A stretch of DNA of 39,122 nucleotides from Candidatus Limnocylindrus sp. (GTDB lineage: Bacteria > Chloroflexota > Limnocylindria > Limnocylindrales > Limnocylindraceae). Below are positions 37,183-39,122 of this stretch, piece after piece. The position numbers were made by a program, and so were the translations under genes. How positions within the stretch are numbered: position 1 is the first letter of the stretch; each line of letters starts with the position of its first letter. The stretch lies in NCBI GenBank assembly GCA_051006395.1, contig JBPCTG010000141.1:1-39122 (forward strand). Direction: 5' to 3'. The notes beneath the pieces were generated by a model that worked only from the letters and a program-made list of their open reading frames with translations, searched no databases and was not told the origin of the DNA.

Positions 37183-38546
37183 GCGTGCACCTCAACAGCG
37201 AAACCTGCCTCCTCGAGCGGCGCGCGTACGGTTGCCGCATCGCCAACCACAACAATTCGTTCACTCTCTGCCTCGAGCTCTTCGGCGATGCGCACCACCG
37301 CGGCGCGGTCCACGTCGGCAACGGCGTCGCGATACCGGTCAAGTTCAGAGAGGTCGAGCCCGATCGCCGTCAGCCCCGATGCGGCGGCGGCGACGGGTGG
37401 CGCAGCGCCGAATCGCAGCGGGAAGGTGCCGATCAGGTAGCGCCGCGCACCATCGAGCTCCTCGTCGCTCGGCGCATCGCTGAGCGGTGAGGAGAGTTGG
37501 CGTCGCGCCTCGACGAGCGCCGGAACGGTCACCGAGGTCTCCACCGCCGTGCGCGCAAGGAAGGGTCCGCGTCCGCGGCGGAAGTCGAAACTCGCCGCCG
37601 CGCCGTAGGTGTATCCCTTCTCTTCGCGCAGCATACGATTCAGGCGCGAGCCGAAGAGGCCGCCAACGATCTCGCTGTGCACGAGAGCGGCATGGAATCC
37701 AGCGTCGAGGCGCGAGCGCCCGACGCGTCCGATGCGCAACTCAGACTGCACCGACCCCGGTCGATCGATGAGGAGCACTCGCGGCTCGTCGCCAGTGGAC
37801 GCCGCCGCGGGGCGATCCGGGGTGAGTAGTTTCGCTGCAGTTGAAGTCGATGCTCCAGATCCGTTCACGCTGTGAGCGAGTGCGCTCGCATCGATGAGCG
37901 CAAAGATCTCGTTCGGGTCAAACTCGCCCGCAAGAACGAAGAGCGGGTCGGGGTTCGTTGCAAGTTGCGCGTGACGGGCGCTCAGCGATGCACGATTGAT
38001 TGCGGCGACGCTCTCGCGACGACCGCCGATAGGGCGACCGTACGGGGCGTCGTCGTAGATCGCAGCCGTAATCGCCTCATTGGCGCGAGCGCGCGGGCTC
38101 GCCGCCGCCTGCTCGATCTGGGCGAGTCGCAGCGCGCGGAGACGATCGACCTCGCGCTCCGGGAGTGATGGCTCGTAAGCGATCTCGGCGATGAGCTCGA
38201 GCATTGGCGCGATACGGTGGACAGGAAGGCTCGAACCAACCGAGACCCCTTCGAAGCCTGCCTCGGCGCCGATCGTTCCGCCGAGCAGCTCAGCAGCCTC
38301 AACGAGATGGATCGCGTCGTGTCGTGGTCCACCCTCGGCGAGGAGCCGCGCAAGGAGCGCCGCCGTGCCGTTCTCAGTGGCAGATTCGGTCGCTGCACCG
38401 CCACGCATCAGCAGTTGCATCGCCGCAAGCGGTCGCCCCGGCATTGGCAGCGCAATGATGCGAAGTCCCGTCGCTGTGCGGTGTTCGTAGGCACGAGGAA
38501 ACGCATATGGGCGTGGAGTCGATGGGCCCGGCCTCTGCGCGCTCAT
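37179..38546 (-). CDS. M16 (pitrilysin/insulinase) family peptidase, non-catalytic subunit
   Basis: GLRI, GTAALLARLL..G (HxxEH absent), PYGRP..G, DRPGSVQS and SRLNRMLREEKGYTYG motifs. Confidence 0.88.
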   Translation of the reverse strand: MSAQRPGPSTPRPYAFPRAYEHRTATGLRIIALPMPGRPLAAMQLLMRGGAATESATENGTAALLARLLAEGGPRHDAIHLVEAAELLGGTIGAEAGFEGVSVGSSLPVHRIAPMLELIAEIAYEPSLPEREVDRLRALRLAQIEQAAASPRARANEAITAAIYDDAPYGRPIGGRRESVAAINRASLSARHAQLATNPDPLFVLAGEFDPNEIFALIDASALAHSVNGSGASTSTAAKLLTPDRPAAASTGDEPRVLLIDRPGSVQSELRIGRVGRSRLDAGFHAALVHSEIVGGLFGSRLNRMLREEKGYTYGAAASFDFRRGRGPFLARTAVETSVTVPALVEARRQLSSPLSDAPSDEELDGARRYLIGTFPLRFGAAPPVAAAASGLTAIGLDLSELDRYRDAVADVDRAAVVRIAEELEAESERIVVVGDAATVRAPLEEAGFAVEVHA

Positions 38547-39122
38547 GCCGACGCCTCGCCATCTGGCTCATACCAGAGCGTCACGCGGTGTTCTGGTGCG
38601 AAGGCGCGCGCAGCATCGCGCACCTGCTCCGCTGTGACCGCGCGATAGATCTCCACCTCGCGCAAGGCGCGACCTGGATCGTTCAGCAGCGTGGCGTACC
38701 CTCCGATCTCGTCGGCAAGCTCCTCTGGATCGCCGAGCTTCGCCATCTCCTCGGATTCGATGAGCGCCACCGCACGCTCCATCTCACTGGCAGTCGGCCC
38801 TTCGGCCGCGAGTCGTGCGAGCTCCTCGCCGTAGCTCTTCTCCAGCTGCTCTGCCGAAGCCCCAGGGCGCAACGTTGCGGCGCCGACGGCGAGGGACGCA
38901 CCGCCCGCAAAGGCGAGCACGTCGAGCGAGACATCTTGTGCGACCTGTTCGTCGCGCACCAGGCGACGGTGCAGCCGGCTTCCGCGCCCCGAGGCGAGGA
39001 TCTGGCAGGCGACCTCTGCCGCCGGGAGCGATGGATCGCTGAGCGGCGGAAGGCGGAAGGCAACGTGCAGTCGCGGGTCGGGGACGCGATCGCGAATCGT
39101 CTTGCGTGATGCGGCGAGCGGC
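38543..39122 (-). CDS. M16 family peptidase, C-terminal part; 5' end outside window
   Basis: Frame is open to the window end: ILASGRGSRLHRRLVRD, GPTASE and AVTAEQVRDAA; ATGA overlap with the next M16 gene. Confidence 0.82.
   Translation of the reverse strand, partial: PLAASRKTIRDRVPDPRLHVAFRLPPLSDPSLPAAEVACQILASGRGSRLHRRLVRDEQVAQDVSLDVLAFAGGASLAVGAATLRPGASAEQLEKSYGEELARLAAEGPTASEMERAVALIESEEMAKLGDPEELADEIGGYATLLNDPGRALREVEIYRAVTAEQVRDAARAFAPEHRVTLWYEPDGEASA

Overview
High-GC, very gene-dense bacterial chromosomal window with many start/stop overlaps. Gene content and order suggest a streamlined Chloroflexota- or Actinobacteria-like organism (inference only). I found no mobile element, CRISPR array or rRNA. 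Contents in order: (1) a nucleoside uptake/catabolism block (BMP lipoprotein, add, deoC, and a two-gene aldehyde dehydrogenase that looks like a split ALDH16); (2) aminobutyraldehyde dehydrogenase, an FtsB-like gene, an acidic unknown and mtnN; (3) a minus-strand run of DUF4446, UvrD-nuclease fusion, membrane protein, agmatinase, methyltransferase and murI; (4) a serA-like gene; (5) mrp, two membrane proteins, tRNA-Leu(TAG), tig, clpP, clpX, valS and fmdB; (6) potADBC plus a class III aminotransferase; (7) a tightly coupled run of an M16 peptidase pair, truncated PfkB, TPR-rhomboid, possible MetE-like remnant, MBL hydrolase, degenerate VirB11/CpaF-like protein and class II aldolase. The most notable signals are a recurring TANNNT-N6-start (leaderless promoter) architecture, the split ALDH16, and the protease/pseudo-enzyme operon. 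All family calls come from motif recognition by eye, not from database searches.
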